A DNA stretch of 64,000 nucleotides from Tubulanus polymorphus. Its lineage: Eukaryota; Animalia; Nemertea. The position numbers and the translations under genes were made by a program. Below the pieces are notes generated by a model, which searched no databases, was not told the origin of the DNA, and saw only the letters and a program-made list of their open reading frames with translations. Below are positions 47,480-61,900 of the stretch, one piece after another; within the stretch, counting starts at the first letter, position 1; each line of letters starts with the position of its first letter. The stretch covers positions 7,544,778 through 7,608,777 of the forward strand of contig NC_134030.1 of assembly GCF_964204645.1 (NCBI RefSeq). The letters are read 5' to 3'.

Positions 47480-50400
47480 TCATCTACCATTTCAAAGGCA
47501 AATTTCCATTGGGAGCACAGCTTGCCTTTCTACACTACGACTGCTCCGAAAAAATTGAAACCGAATATGCCGTCATGGAAAATTCTATCAGTATGGAACC
47601 ATGCAAGTAATGGCCAAATCAGTGAAGCTTTATTTTAAACTTATACTTGGAACCCACTATCTAAATGAACCCTTTGAGTCGGTTATACATTTCTCTTTTC
47701 TTTTTTTTCTGTTTGGTGTTTTGCTTCCTATACATTTCCTTATTACTATTTCATAGCAATTTACATAAATCTGTACAATGGTTCCCGCTATGAAAAACCC
47801 TGAAATTAGTCATTTCCATTTCGCAGCTTCATAATTTATACATTTTGTACTGATTTACAGGAAATAAAGTTAATAAAGTAACAACGATAAAGTGTTTTTA
47901 CTCGTCAAGAAATTGTCAGCGTTTCTCAGAAACTGTTGCTATCTTCGCTATGGATCTTTCACCGCATTGACGTGGCTGCACAGACTAATCTAGTGTCAAA
48001 AAATTGTATTGTCGCTCAGTAAGCATCCAGGGCTTATAGTAATAGAAGCTTTCAGAATTATAACACTTGGATAGATGAGAGCACTTCACCCATGTAGCAA
48101 CGAATGTTTCCAGTACATGTGAAATAAAAGCGATTTTATGTGTTCAGTGAAAAGATATATACGGTATACAGCCTTGTGTTATTGAATTTGTGCAAACAAA
48201 AAATTGTACATGGAACTATGTAAAATTGTTAAGTCACATGATCTAAAAGTGCAAACGCGTTGTCATCCACTATTCATAATTGAGGCTATACATGTGTTGT
48301 GGTGACTTTTAGAATACAATTCTTACAACTTTCTCATAAAAAGATTTGCAACATGAATATTTCACAACGAATAACATACTCGACAGATTTAAACTGGATG
48401 GCAATATTGTGTAAGGGGGTGGTGGTCATTATTATTAAGGCCCAAATATATCTTTATCTTTATAACTAGTCATCATGATATGCAGAAGGGAATGTATACA
48501 TGTGCATTAGATGCTACGCTGTGTGTGCATTATTTTCAAATACATATTCAATTGGTGGGCCTATATTATGGATGAACTACACCATGACCATATTCATTTC
48601 ATACCAAAGTGACATACTAAGCAGTACTGTAAATACTGTAAATCAGGGATGGAGCCGAGTTCATTACTGGCCTTGGTCATCACTTTCATTAATGCTACTA
48701 TACAACTAGGTAAAACCTCATAAGTGACTTATTAATGAACCATTTAGATCTGCTCAATATTTCTCAGAGGATGTCCCCCCAGCTATTCCGTCCATGTTTT
48801 CCCATCCATTTTGTATCACAACCAAATGAACTTCATCGGTGAGTTCAGTACTCTTACAGGGCTCAACATAGGATATAACTATTTTTTGAGTTGGTTACCA
48901 TTTTTCAACGATATTTTTCAGTGACATTTCATCGAAATATGAAAGAAAATGTTCAAATTAATCAGTAATCAACAGTATGACCCGCAGTAACATCTTTCAT
49001 ATATCTGTATGCATCAAACAAATCGAATCAGTATTTCTCGTTATAAGATAGTAACTAATACTGAAAATCACTAACAGTTAGCAGCTCTGTAATATCTATC
49101 TCACAGTTAAATCCAACTATCGACTACGAGAATGGCCGTCAATTCTATGGGTCTGGTTCAGTGAAAAATGATACGATTTTTCCATGGAATCATAGAAGAA
49201 AATTCATCGCATTACTGCTTGGACTGCGGAAGCTGCAGTGGTTGCAGAGGCGTATATCGGAAAACCCATTATATTTACGCGTTCGAACATTTGTCTCGGT
49301 GAAATGAAGTGTTCTATTCACGTCATAATTCACCTGGACACACGCATTGCATACGAAAATGAAAGCCATCAATTTCAGTACACAGGGGAAGATAGAAGGT
49401 GAACGCGAGCAAACATCGCGATCAATGATCAATGCGACCACTTTCCATCTAGACTTCAAGGCAATCAAATGAATTTGATAAGTCAATGTACATAATGACT
49501 AGCTATGAAATGGTTTACCTGCTAAGCTTCTGTTAGTTTTTTAATATCCAGCATATAAAGAAAAGATGCTCCATGCTCAAGTATCTAACAGTTTTAGTAC
49601 CGTTATCACAAGTAGTATTTTGAGTGGCCATTTCGTCAATAGTTGTGCCGAAATGATTAAGAGTAATGTTTTTGGATATAATTGGCAATAATTACGAATC
49701 CAACCACACACTCTCGTCACGATATCTTTGGACCAGTATGCGAGTTGGATGGTGTATACTTCATATATAAGGTTAAGAAAGATGTCTCAACATACATATA
49801 CGAATTGAACAGTTTTACCGGACTCAGTCAGACCCAACTTGCGCAGAGTCTGATATCTAATCGACACGCACATACACAGTTAGAAATGTAAAGAAAAAAT
49901 TCTGTATATTCGACCAACCATCCAAATATATCTATGCTTCAATTTCCAATTTCAAAATCAAACCAATCAAGCATAAAATGAAATCGATCGAATAAAGGGG
50001 AAATCATTCTAAATGGCAAGAAATGCAAAGAACTCATACAGAGCAAGGTCCAACAAAAACGACACATTTTTAGAATTTTAAATAACCGATCTTGAACCCG
50101 AAAACCTATTTTAAGATGACCTACCCATATTTGCATATGTATATATATATATCTATATCCCGCTGAAGACGCTAAGCTATCCTAACTCCATCGGCACTCC
50201 GGTCGTGTGTTATATTCCACTGCGTCGCGTCTCGTCTATGCCGCTGTCGCATGCGTATGTGAGGACGCGAGGAAACGACCACGACGAGTGGTTCGCATAT
50301 ACTCATTCACAGCAGCAGCACGCATGGAACGAGCGAACGAGACACAAGCAAATTTACGATCTTGTCCGTCATCGTCATCGTCGTCGTATAGCCGCAGCCG

Positions 50401-50644
50401 CATTTCTCGTATATACACGATACTCAACTGGGCATCGCTCAGATATCAACATCAGCCCCATCGACTAGTAGAGAGACGCTCGAGAGAAAGAGCGCGCGCG
50501 CATGGATTAAGCGTCAATGACACCGGAAGAAGATTCATCGGTTCGCGTGTATCCGTTAATCCGACTACCCGATGAATTCAAAACTGAAAATCTTCATCGT
50601 CGCAAAAGAACACCGCACATCGTCAGCGTCGTGATGCAACGTCC

Positions 50645-50645
<1 letters not shown>

Positions 50646-50726
<81 letters not shown>
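50646..50726. repeat. (TA)n microsatellite
   Basis: About 80 nt of TA repeat with one interruption. Confidence 0.97.
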
Positions 50727-50729
<3 letters not shown>

Positions 50730-53700
50730 GAATGAATATTTGATGAAGAACTGGGCAGTCTACCGGTGTCATGCGACTAACGAGACAAGACAGAACTCAC
50801 AGCTCGTTATCCGATCCGTGATATACATCCGAGCATTTGATCTCTTCGTTTAACTTGAAATCAACGATGGAGACAAAACATAATAACAGATACAGTGATT
50901 CTTTACTTATCTACAAGCAAAATGACATGTTTCGCTAATGATCAAAAGAAGCATTCGGATGATCCACATTTTGCTTATGATCAAAATGATCATAGCCTCA
51001 TAAGATCTGGGAAATGATCCAATAGATCAATGCTTTCATCTAATTAAGATATGATCTTTAACGCATGATCGTAGTCAAGAGTAATCAAACCGGAGTTTGT
51101 TCTACATTTGAGAAATCAAAATGAAGGGCCTTTTTCATTGAAATGCGTTTCATCACCAACCAATCTTTTTTCCATATGACAGTGAAAATGATAACCTAGT
51201 ATGACTAACAGGCTACTATCACCTGCCCCGATTGCACAAAATTCAAGGTCATTATGATCAACAGGGGTCGATCGAGCCAGAGGTACTTGAGAAACTTGTT
51301 AAGTCCATCAAATTTTATCCCTTATTTATTTGTCAACAAAGTAAATTGATAAATTTCAGTGTTGGAGTGCATCTAATATTCCCTTCTTTGACATCGAAGT
51401 GCCCATTTGGCATGAGACAAGTTCTTCAAAATCAGCCCCAGGTCAAAGATCTGGATCATAAATGTAGACTTGATTGTCAAGTTCGTGATACTGCAAAGAT
51501 GACCTGACGTAACAATCAACGAATTGTGAGTTGATGGAATCTGATTAAACACAACTACGAAAGAACTATCGGGACTGCACAATGCCGGCTGTAGCCAAGC
51601 AACTTTTATTCCGTACAGTCCTCGGGAAAAGCGACGTCATATTCAGTGCGGGGATTACGCCGAAATAAGCCGGACTCCGGAGGGATAAGAGGCACTAACG
51701 GTACAATACCAACACGACATCCATTACTCGCGCGGTGTGAATAGACAATGGATGCATTTTTTATTCGCTTTTTGCGTGTCCGATTAATTCCCATTTGGAT
51801 TAGAGAACTGATATTGCCGCTGCGAGACGCACCGCGCGAAGCCCATCTACCCCCTTCTCTGCTGCGCTGAGCTGATTACCTTAAATCTTCTAGAACTGTG
51901 CAGTGACAATAATCCACGACCCGGAGAGCGTTTTTTAAACGAAAGATCTGCCAGATCACAAGTCACTGCCTCCGGGATACAATCAGTCGGAATGTGTCTA
52001 GAGGAATTTCGCCAATCAGTGCGATCATCTGCGGCAGTTAAGATGAATTTATTTCTTTGATGACTGTTTTGAAATCTTTCCAATTATGCAAAAGTTTTCG
52101 ATGATGTCTGATGATGCGATACTGGGAAAAATCGTCGATCTCGTCGCGTTCGAAAATAGAAATATGTGTCAATCGAAATAAATAACACAGAAGACTTCTA
52201 AAGTAAGTACATACTGTGAAAGAGATTTCTAGTCGGGTGTGAGCTAGGTTTACTGCAACTGGCGTCCAAGATGAATGAATATTCATCAGCCCTAAATTAT
52301 CCACCATTAATTCTATCATAACCGGTGTTGATGCGGGAAGATGCAGAGGGATGTTTCTAGTGCTGTAATAACGCCGGGGACTGCATCTTCATCGCAGTTT
52401 ATCTGTCAGCAATTAGTTTATAGCTCTCTAACTCGACGGAGCTGTCCGGCGGCGAGATTATTGATTCGCAGGCACGCTTCCCGTAATTTCGGGAGCATTG
52501 TAATTTCAGGAGGCGCTCGCTATGATCACTAGTTATTAATAACGACAATTAATTGATATCTGTCGATAAATACGAGATGTCATTTGATGCTAGATATCGT
52601 TCAGTGCTACTCTCTGCGTGCCTCGGAAAAGCAGAAATTACTTCATCACAATGAAAGTAATACGACGTATGAAAATCGTGGTTCGATCGAAAATTTAGAT
52701 ATTCTGACTTCGAGAGGTATTTCATTATTGTTGGAAGTAGTTGAGCTCTTTAAAAATGCGTAGAAACTTTGCTCTCAAATAGTAGTCATAGTCTGGTGTG
52801 TAGACGTGATTCGATGATTCAATGATCTGAAGCGAAGTTTAAGTTAGCAGTGGTCGACAGGCGTCACAAAATCCAAACCACTGACCCATTAAAGCCTGCC
52901 CCACAACGTTAGAGCTTGCCCTACTAAGAATCTTTCATCAGGTAAACATATCCCAGAACCTAAATCCTAATCCTAATCCCAAACTGGAATCCTAACCCTC
53001 TGTTCAAAAAGAATATCGCGGTAGGTTATTTACAAATAACACCGTTACGGGTTTAGTGTAATCCTAACCATTCCTAGAACCTACGATTAAAGGAGATACC
53101 AACGCGCACATGTAATAGCGATGATGTTGGAATCGGAATCGACATCAAATTGAGCATGAAATATGGATTTTCAGCATGAGACGCATTAAAGCAGCCGTAT
53201 TATATCAGCTTGCGCGCCTTGTGCTCGTTCGCCAGATTAACATCATCATCGTTCCGCGAACCTATAACTGATCCGCGTGAGGTAATTTTCTCCATACGAA
53301 ACCGTCTCGATGCGGACACCGAAACGACGACGAGGATGATAACGAGGACGATATTTTCATCATCATCAGCGTCATCATCATCATCATCATTCATTCGTGA
53401 TAAGTGCTTCGAATCGACGAAGATTTTATTCATTTTATCGTGGCGCGATCAGTCGGTGGTCAACTCAACGATGTCAATAAAACCTGAGTGATCAAAGATA
53501 ATTGCGTGCATATCGCGTTACTAAACGTGTTTGACTAACTGGTCGCTTTTTTGTGTCCACTGCATCGCGCCAATCGAAGCTGTATGATTCTATGAGGGGT
53601 TGCAGCATTTAGGCCCTCGTCTAAACCATTAGAATAAGCGAGTCGAGTAGTAGGGTTAGCTTTAATGGAGGCGCACGCACGACGATGCTCTGCTGGATCG

Positions 53701-56700
53701 ATGTCATCAATGATATGACGAACTGAATCTAGATTGACGTCAAGATCAGCAACGGTCCTTGCACAAGATAGAGACAGATCAGCTCTCAATGCATATAAAC
53801 ACGAATACGCATTTTTGACTCGTGCCAAATTTGATTCATACCAGATTATGCCGGGCTATTCACACTGGGGTTTTTACATGCTTGTTCTGCAAGGGCCAAG
53901 TTTGGTCTGACCTAAAACGTCGGACAAAAGGCCTGTGCCAAACTTTAGCATGGGTTAAAAGGCACGGATTGAATATGACTCGGACCTGATCTGGGGCAAG
54001 TTGACCCAGGCTAAATCATCTCCATATGATCAGGGTTTATGGAGGCGCACCATGCATACGCGATGACATACTGAACCTAGGTTGACAACTTGATGATACA
54101 CCGGTCCTTGTGCATGACCATCCCCAGTGTAAATAAGATCAATTCCCCAGACCAGCTCTCAATGTATATCTGAACCTATCTACTGAAAGTGTGGTGGTAG
54201 TGACAAAAATATGCGAGTCACATAGCCACGTCAGATGTACCTTAATTTATCTGTAACCGAGTTTTTGAAGACACTTCAGTCGGAGTTATATATTTACGGG
54301 GTAGCTTTTTTCGATACCACGTGGCGAGACCATTTGCGCTGTCAGTTGACGGTGACGTTGGTGCATCGTATATAGGTTTTTTATTTATAGATTTTTTATT
54401 CATAATCGCCAGCTATGGGATTTACATAACACGCCACATTCTAGTCTCTTGTCGGGATGACGTCGGGTCAGCTTCGGAGAGCCTATCTGCTCTGTATAAT
54501 ACGGAACTACGTCGTCATGAATACTAACTACCCCCCTCAGAGACCCTTCGCAGCGCGAAACGGGGTGAAGTACATCCATGTACGGCGATATCTGACAACA
54601 AATCAAACAAATGCTGAATTCAAGAGCCATAAAACAATGATTGCATTATACATATGTCTGGGAAGCAGTGCTTTTAAGAAGGTACAGCCCCGGTAACGAC
54701 GGCTCTGATGATAATTATTCCATTATTAAGTGAAATGTAGATGCAGTAATATAAAGTGTATATGTCTTATTCGCTAGGACTGACATTGAGTCCTGCACGT
54801 GCCCGCAGGTTTGTGCGAGGTAGATATCTCAAAGTGTGCACAGGGCTTGACTGTTTCACAATTTTCAGTCAGTCAAAGTCGGTCAAAATGCAATCATTTT
54901 CTTCTACCGTTCTAGAATTATTTCTACAATTCCATTGGCTCATCTTGCTGCAATACAACAATATAATCTCCCGCAAGAACATTTTTTCAATACTGTAAAT
55001 CATCAGAATAATAATTTTGATGAAAGCCATCTTCTCGATGACTTCTCATAGCAGATCAGGCAATTTATTGACTAAACGTAAATACTCGAACAGTGGGGAA
55101 ACCGTGGTGAAGATGGCAATAAATAAGCTAGATGGCATGAGAATGTGATGAATAATTAAATGCCAAGTCATGCTGAAAGTCAATATCCCACTACTGTAAG
55201 GCCTAATGATATAGATCTTGGGTTTCTTCCTCCACAAATAATGTGTTGGTCTCCATCTCAGGACATTATGCTGAAGAAAAATTGTCAAATCATGTTTACA
55301 TTGACCAATTTTAATAGAAATGGCACCAGACCATCAAAGCCTCAACAAGATCAGATACTTATAAAATCATTAAGCTAAATATGGGGCAGGAAATATGTTC
55401 ACTGGCACTACCTAAGGACAAATTTGATACATTTCGTTGTCCTAACCACATATAACCTATGGAAACAGGGAGATATGAAAATATCTCGAAATTCTATGTT
55501 CAGCATTCAATCTTTTCAAACATTCAGGTAATTGGTGAGCACTGAAAGTACTGGTACTTATTTGTAATTCATACTTTACGACTTTTAACTGCACCATTTG
55601 CCGAACCTGGAAGACCTCATGCTCGCTAAAGTATTCCCAGTACCCTCTTCCCATTATTTATGCAGGAAACGCCAAATGATTTCATCTATTCGACTGTCAC
55701 GGAACAAAGGTTTCTCTGAAGTGTCGATGTTAAATATTTATGATTTCCTCATCAACCAATAATAGCCAGGCGGGCATTACCGCAGCCACCAACAAAGACC
55801 ATAAAAGCATCATTTTATCTCCTTTCACATTTTGTCTGCCGGTTATGTCATTTCATCAGAATTGATCAGATTGTGGATGAAAAATGCAAGCAACACATTT
55901 ATCCACGAGAAAGACTTGCACTCAGGTGACACCCCATCCGTCAATGTGCTCTTATCTCATCTTCCATTGCACTTATATTAGGCCCATACTGAAATTTTCA
56001 CATACAAGGAATTCACAAGCCTTGATCACACGAGCAGTATTGGCCCGTGCCAAATTAGGCCTGCGTGTGCCAAAAGGGTCTGTACCTGCTTGGCCCGACC
56101 AAAAACATCGGACCAGATCCAAACCAAATTTTAGCATGGGTCAAACTATCACATGTGAACTCGTTCTCTTATTAGGCACAAGCCAAATTTGACTCAGGCC
56201 TGATTTGTGCCAATTCAGTCCAATGTGATCGCCGCTATAATCCCAAATGATTCATAAATTTCAAGACCAAATAGGGATACTAGAGATACAATATTAAGAA
56301 TAGCACACATAAAACAAAGGGTTAAACCCAATTAAACCAGCACACTGAAAACTGAGGGTTAAACTTCATTAAACCAGTACACAACACTCATACACAACTC
56401 CTTATTAAACCGAGTACCTTCAGGACAAATAACGTCTCTTCTACTCGTAATTAAATTTGGCAATGTCACAATAAACAATTAGTGCGAATTCATGCTATAT
56501 CCGTTTGCATGTCATTGTGTACGTTTTCAGTGTATCAATGCTAGAGATGAGATCTCTTATTTCTATAATCGATCATGGCTTTCTTCAGTTCTATTCATCA
56601 TAGGCTGGAAAAACCTTTTAGGCAATGCCTTAAAATCAAAGAAAAGGAAGCATAGGTTAATTCATACGGGAAACACCACAAAGAACGATCAACGTAATGC

Positions 56701-58852
56701 GGATGGACGTAAAGTTCATTAAAAAGATCTTCAGCTGACCACCATACAACTTTGCATACTCAAGTTCAGCTTAAATATTGTATGAATAGATTAAGTTTGG
56801 TACACTTTTATCATTGCCTGGTCCCCATTGAGTGATTGAACTTTAGCCATATAGATGGCAACACTGTAAAATAGCAATGCCCGATACAGACAGCTCTGGT
56901 AAACAAAAAGCTGCGGGATAGTTGCGTGCGTTTGTTTTTTTCTATTTCGTTCATACAATTTAGTCAGAACAGATTAAGAGTAATTCTGTATAGCGACACC
57001 CGCAGATATACCAGATAAAACAGCAACATGTTATCCGTGTGTAGCAGCAAAAGCTAGCTTTTCACGAAAATGCCACCTCACTCCATCGCTGCTTAATCTG
57101 CCCATCACAACATTCCAGTTCTTAACAGCATAATCTTTATGTGAAAATGGATGTCACTTGTTGGCTGTCTACGGTGGCCAGAAGTAATAGTCGCCTCCAC
57201 AGATGATTAGCATTCCTGTGTGCACTTTTTACAGTCCTGAGGGTATGCCAAATAAAGTGGCTTTGAATTTCTTGAATGTTTCAAACCAATTCTAAAGCAA
57301 CTGCTAATAAAAAAAAAATGAGCACCGGTGACTTTATTTACTCAGGTCAAATTTGAAAAAACTCTTCACACTGGTACCAACTAGGTCACTGGCTGTTTGA
57401 CATGGGCCAAATTTGGCCTGACCAAAAACGTTGGACTCACCTCACTTGCCACTGCATCATTTGGAGAGCATTTGCAGTAACAAGTAAGCGAGTTAGTTGC
57501 AACTGCGCCGGCCAATTGGACTTATCTGGGCCAAATCATCTCTGTGTAATCGCTTCTACTGCATACATTGGCCAGTTTTCAGCAGTTCAGGTGATGCCAA
57601 TAGTCGAGCTGGTATAAAGTAGAACAGGGTTGGGAGATTTTCTGATCATAATTTCAAGAAAAAAAAGATTTTAAGGAATCACTTAATGAAGAAAGCTGCG
57701 TCGTTTTCACGTCAGCAGGCCTAGCTACAAACAACCAGCAACTTTGCCTCAATCAGCGACTGAAATTGCATAGTTTATCCCTGTCGATGGCTATTCATCA
57801 AGTTAAGAGAAAATCTGTCGAACAAGGGATATAAAAATTTAATGCACTCCACTAAAAACAAAACATCATACGCCTACTGTATATAATGAATGATGGCATA
57901 TACCATACATAATATAGATAACAGTTATCTAGATAATTAGATAATCAGCGACATATTCGGTAATTAATGTGCTAGTTCTACTAATTAATCACTCAGAATA
58001 CAACGAGTTATCTCGTTTAATACGACTAGATAACCTATTTAATACCACGTATAGCACAACATAAAATACATAAGATGGAAGACAAAAATGTTTACATGGC
58101 AAGGAGAGCAACGCTTTTTATGCGGCCAATGTCTACAGAAAACCGGTTAGAATAATCATTCATGCATTCCTTGAGAAATCCCCCGCAGAATTAATTGGGC
58201 TTTTATTCGGTAAAACGGGTGCTTACCCTATTTTACATGGACCTTGAATGAAATGTCTATTTGCGAGAGGGTTTAACTTAATTATCAGACAATATACTAG
58301 AAAATGAGCGCTTTCTTCGCCATGGGAAAATAAACATGTCGGAATTCAGTGGTGTATTGAGATGGATCAGTGGAAGTCGTCGGCCAAAATGAAGATGGTC
58401 TTTCATTTTTTAGGCAAACCGCGCCTTTCTGTCTTTTTATACACAACTCAAAAAATATTGCGTCTTCATCTGGACTTCGAGTTTTCCTCAACTGAAGCAC
58501 ACACCCTTCTATACTCATTACCTTTTGGGACTCAGGCAAGAAAGAATTTTTTGAGGCGTTTCAACGAAAAAAAAAAAATTAAAAAAAAAAGGCAATCTTG
58601 GCATGGTAAAATCACTCAAGTGGTTTCACCCGGTCTTCAGTCTATCAATTGCGATATTAGTAAAATAAATCTTTTCATAAGATTGTCAATATGTTCCAGG
58701 CATCAGTGAGCTTTTATAAATAACCAGTTCGGACTCAACAATCTACAACTTATACTTTCTTATCCTCAAAATGTTGTAAATATTCATCGTACCAAATCAT
58801 AATCGGTGAAAATCATTCGATTTGAAATAACATCACATTATAAAATTCTTAC

Positions 58853-58928
58853 CTTGCATGAAATCGCTAAAATCTGCATTAATTTCAGCCATTAAAGCAT
58901 CGATATCCATTGATTTGCACTTAGCCAT
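58853..58928 (-). CDS. PHLDB: Probable (alternative) first coding exon of PHLDB, MAKCKSMDIDALMAEINADFSDFMQ(E)
   Basis: ACAACAATGG start context, 76 nt, AAG|GTAAGA donor. Phase 1 fits the acceptor at 37710 and gives a 1620-aa ORF. Confidence 0.6.
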
Positions 58929-61900
58929 TGTTGTTACAGTTGTTTCGCGTGTAGGAACGTTAACGATATCATATATCCATATATATGTAGCCGAAAATAA
59001 TATTTACTCGTTGCGTCTGATTCGATTCTCACATTCTGTAGTGTGCCGTGTTCGTGCCATATTGTTCGCGGAATGCGGCAGATACGAAAATGTCAAACGC
59101 TACTTATAGGTCCAAACAGACACACAATCGTATATACTCCCACTGTGGGATGATGGTTGAAATGAATTACACGTGAAATTGCCATCATAAAGCAGGATTA
59201 AATCAAGTTAAATCCTTTATGAAAGATGAAATCAATTAACTTTTATCGCTAATAACAAGGTTTATATCCTGTTTTATGATGCAATTCTTTGTTGGCATTA
59301 TGTTAAGTAATAATATTTAGCTAATGAAAGATGACTTCCTTTCAGAAGCGAAGTTGAACTCTGAAGATGGCCCCTGGCATCATTTTAGTTCTATCTAACG
59401 TCCTTTTTATCATCCAAATATCGAATGAACCCTTCGTAAGAACACTTTTTCGTAGTCTCCTTTGAACTTTTTTACAATTTACTATTTCATCTCTTGATTT
59501 GTATCCACTACAATTACGAGCTAGCGTCATACTAAAAAGCTGACAAAACATCATATCTCCCAAGACATTCTTTCTATTATTATCATAATACCGGAATTAA
59601 TGCAATCCATATGCGGCGTGATTCTAGATTCCAGTCTTTACATAATCACCATTTCCCAGCACGCGTTTTTTTTTCATTTCAGTAATTGGCAATATCAAAA
59701 AAGCACTCCTACAAAGCAGTATCATTTTCAAATGTCAAGATCTATTCTTCAAGACTCTCAACGCCTTCTGTAGTCTAGCATACATCTCATGGCCAATACC
59801 TTCATAAGGAATTCAACTTCAGTGTATGATTTTATACATATAGTGCTAAAAGCAGTAGCCCTTATGGTAGAAGTATCAAGGCAAATGACTTCTAATAATG
59901 TTTAACCTGTTCAAATAATCAACTCCCAGCAAGTAATAAAGGTAAAGATACCGAAGTCATGAAAAAAGCAGCACTAGTTAACTGTCATGGAAGTTGTAAC
60001 AGTATTCAGTAGAAAGTATTTCAAGTATATCGGACTCAAAACTCACAGCGACAATCACAGAAAGTGTTTGTTGTCGAAAGTTCAAGTGGTGTTTGTATTA
60101 TTTGATAGATTCGTATTCAACAATTTATGAGGCGAGTAACAAACCTATTACATGAATATTTAACTACACAGCCCATACCTATGAGCAATATATCAGTCGC
60201 ATAGAGAACTAAGATAACTAAAAGCTACTAACTGAACCTCGAGACTAAATCTAGCACGGATCATCCGTTTGGATTTATGCTTCAATAATTCATTTTATGT
60301 CGACGGAATCGTCATAATACAAACATGGGCCTATTACATCAAAGTCTTCAACATCTTTGATTAGATAAATAAAATACGAACTCTAAATCGATACCTCTGA
60401 ATGAATATTATCTGGAAAAAGCGACACACGCCGGTTTTCATCATATCGTCATCATCATCATCATCATCGTCGATGTCGTTCACAATACATACCGGTAAGA
60501 GAATCATCTCGAAATAAAGAGCGAAGAAAACAGACGGACAGACGCATAAAAGAAATAGGCAACATCGAAAATCTAATCAAATCAATTACGGCTTCGTATC
60601 GATTCAGTTTGCGAGCGAGTGAGCTGAGTGTGTGTGTGTGAAATATGAAAATTAATCAAGTTTTCTACGAATGCCGAACTGCGTTTGTCAACTGAAATTC
60701 GCCGATGATTGTTTTTCCCATTGGAAACTTTATGAATAATTACGCGTGCTGCCAGATGTAATGAATTTTCTCCCCACATACGCCGTACGTTCTCGAGTCA
60801 GTCAATATTTCTTCCGACCGACGACGAATGATATATTCATTTCAAACATGGAATCCGTTTGAAAATCTTCGTCAATGATTTTAAACGCCGAGACGTCGAT
60901 GCGACTCGCAGGCCCAGTTTTGAGAGAAGGTTTAAACAAAATCTCATCCATTTCTAATTCAAACTACTCGCGCCATATTTGACCGACGGATTTAGTTTCA
61001 AATGCAAAAGCAAAACAATCTTTTTCCACAGTAAATGATCATCGATTTAACTGCAGATTTCTTCATTCTTGATGACGTTATGGTTAAACATCAAAAGGGA
61101 CTTGAATGTAATTCATGAATACAGTAAACCGCATCTAACTCGGACAAACTGGGACGAAATTAGCAAAGTCCAAAGGATAGGAAAATACGTTAGGCAGTTA
61201 GAAAACTTATTTCGTTTTTGTCGGGAGTTTGTTAGGTTGGGCATGTTGCAAGGTTTACTGTAAAACCCCTTGTTTGATAGTGTATTCAAGTGTTCACAAC
61301 TATTTGAAGTAAAACATTACACAGTTTCTCAGAACGCTATGCATTATTTACTGAAATTTTCCGGTGCTTACGGCTTCTTCGACTTCCGCAGTCTGTGTGG
61401 TACTCTGCGAAGTCCCACGAGTCTACCCCTGCAGAGTCGATCGAATCACTCATATCTGAAATTGTTCTCCTTAAAACAGCAAGTGATAAACTCTCTTAAG
61501 AGTTCACAGCGAGCAAACTCGTCACCAAACAGTTTTTATCTATCAGCCCGCGATGCTCTCTCCCCGCGGAGTTCAAAGCCGACAATTTTAATTCTGGGTA
61601 TACGCGCGTCGTGCGGCGCGCCAGTAGGGAATTCTCGTGCCGGGGAAAGTGATGAAAGAAATGATGTCTTCCTGTTTGTCAGAAGAAAAGCGCAAACGAC
61701 TCAAACGAATAAAGGATGCTTCAATTATGAAAATTTGAGAAACTGCTTTAGTTTTAGAGCGCCCTAACCGAAAAAAGGTATGCCCCATTCAATATGCTAC
61801 ATAGTGTCTATGAAAAAGATTGGACTCGATTTATTTAATTCTCTACTCATTAGTTTGTAGGGGTACTTAGGTAGGAAAAGCTTCTGAAAACTTTTCCTAA

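Noticed and set aside
52955-53000. Telomere-like (CCTAAY)n tract
   Set aside because: Short and degenerate; more likely a repeat remnant than a meaningful interstitial telomere.
61270-61767. 165-aa plus-strand ORF
   Set aside because: TTG start, no recognisable domain, no convincing splice sites.
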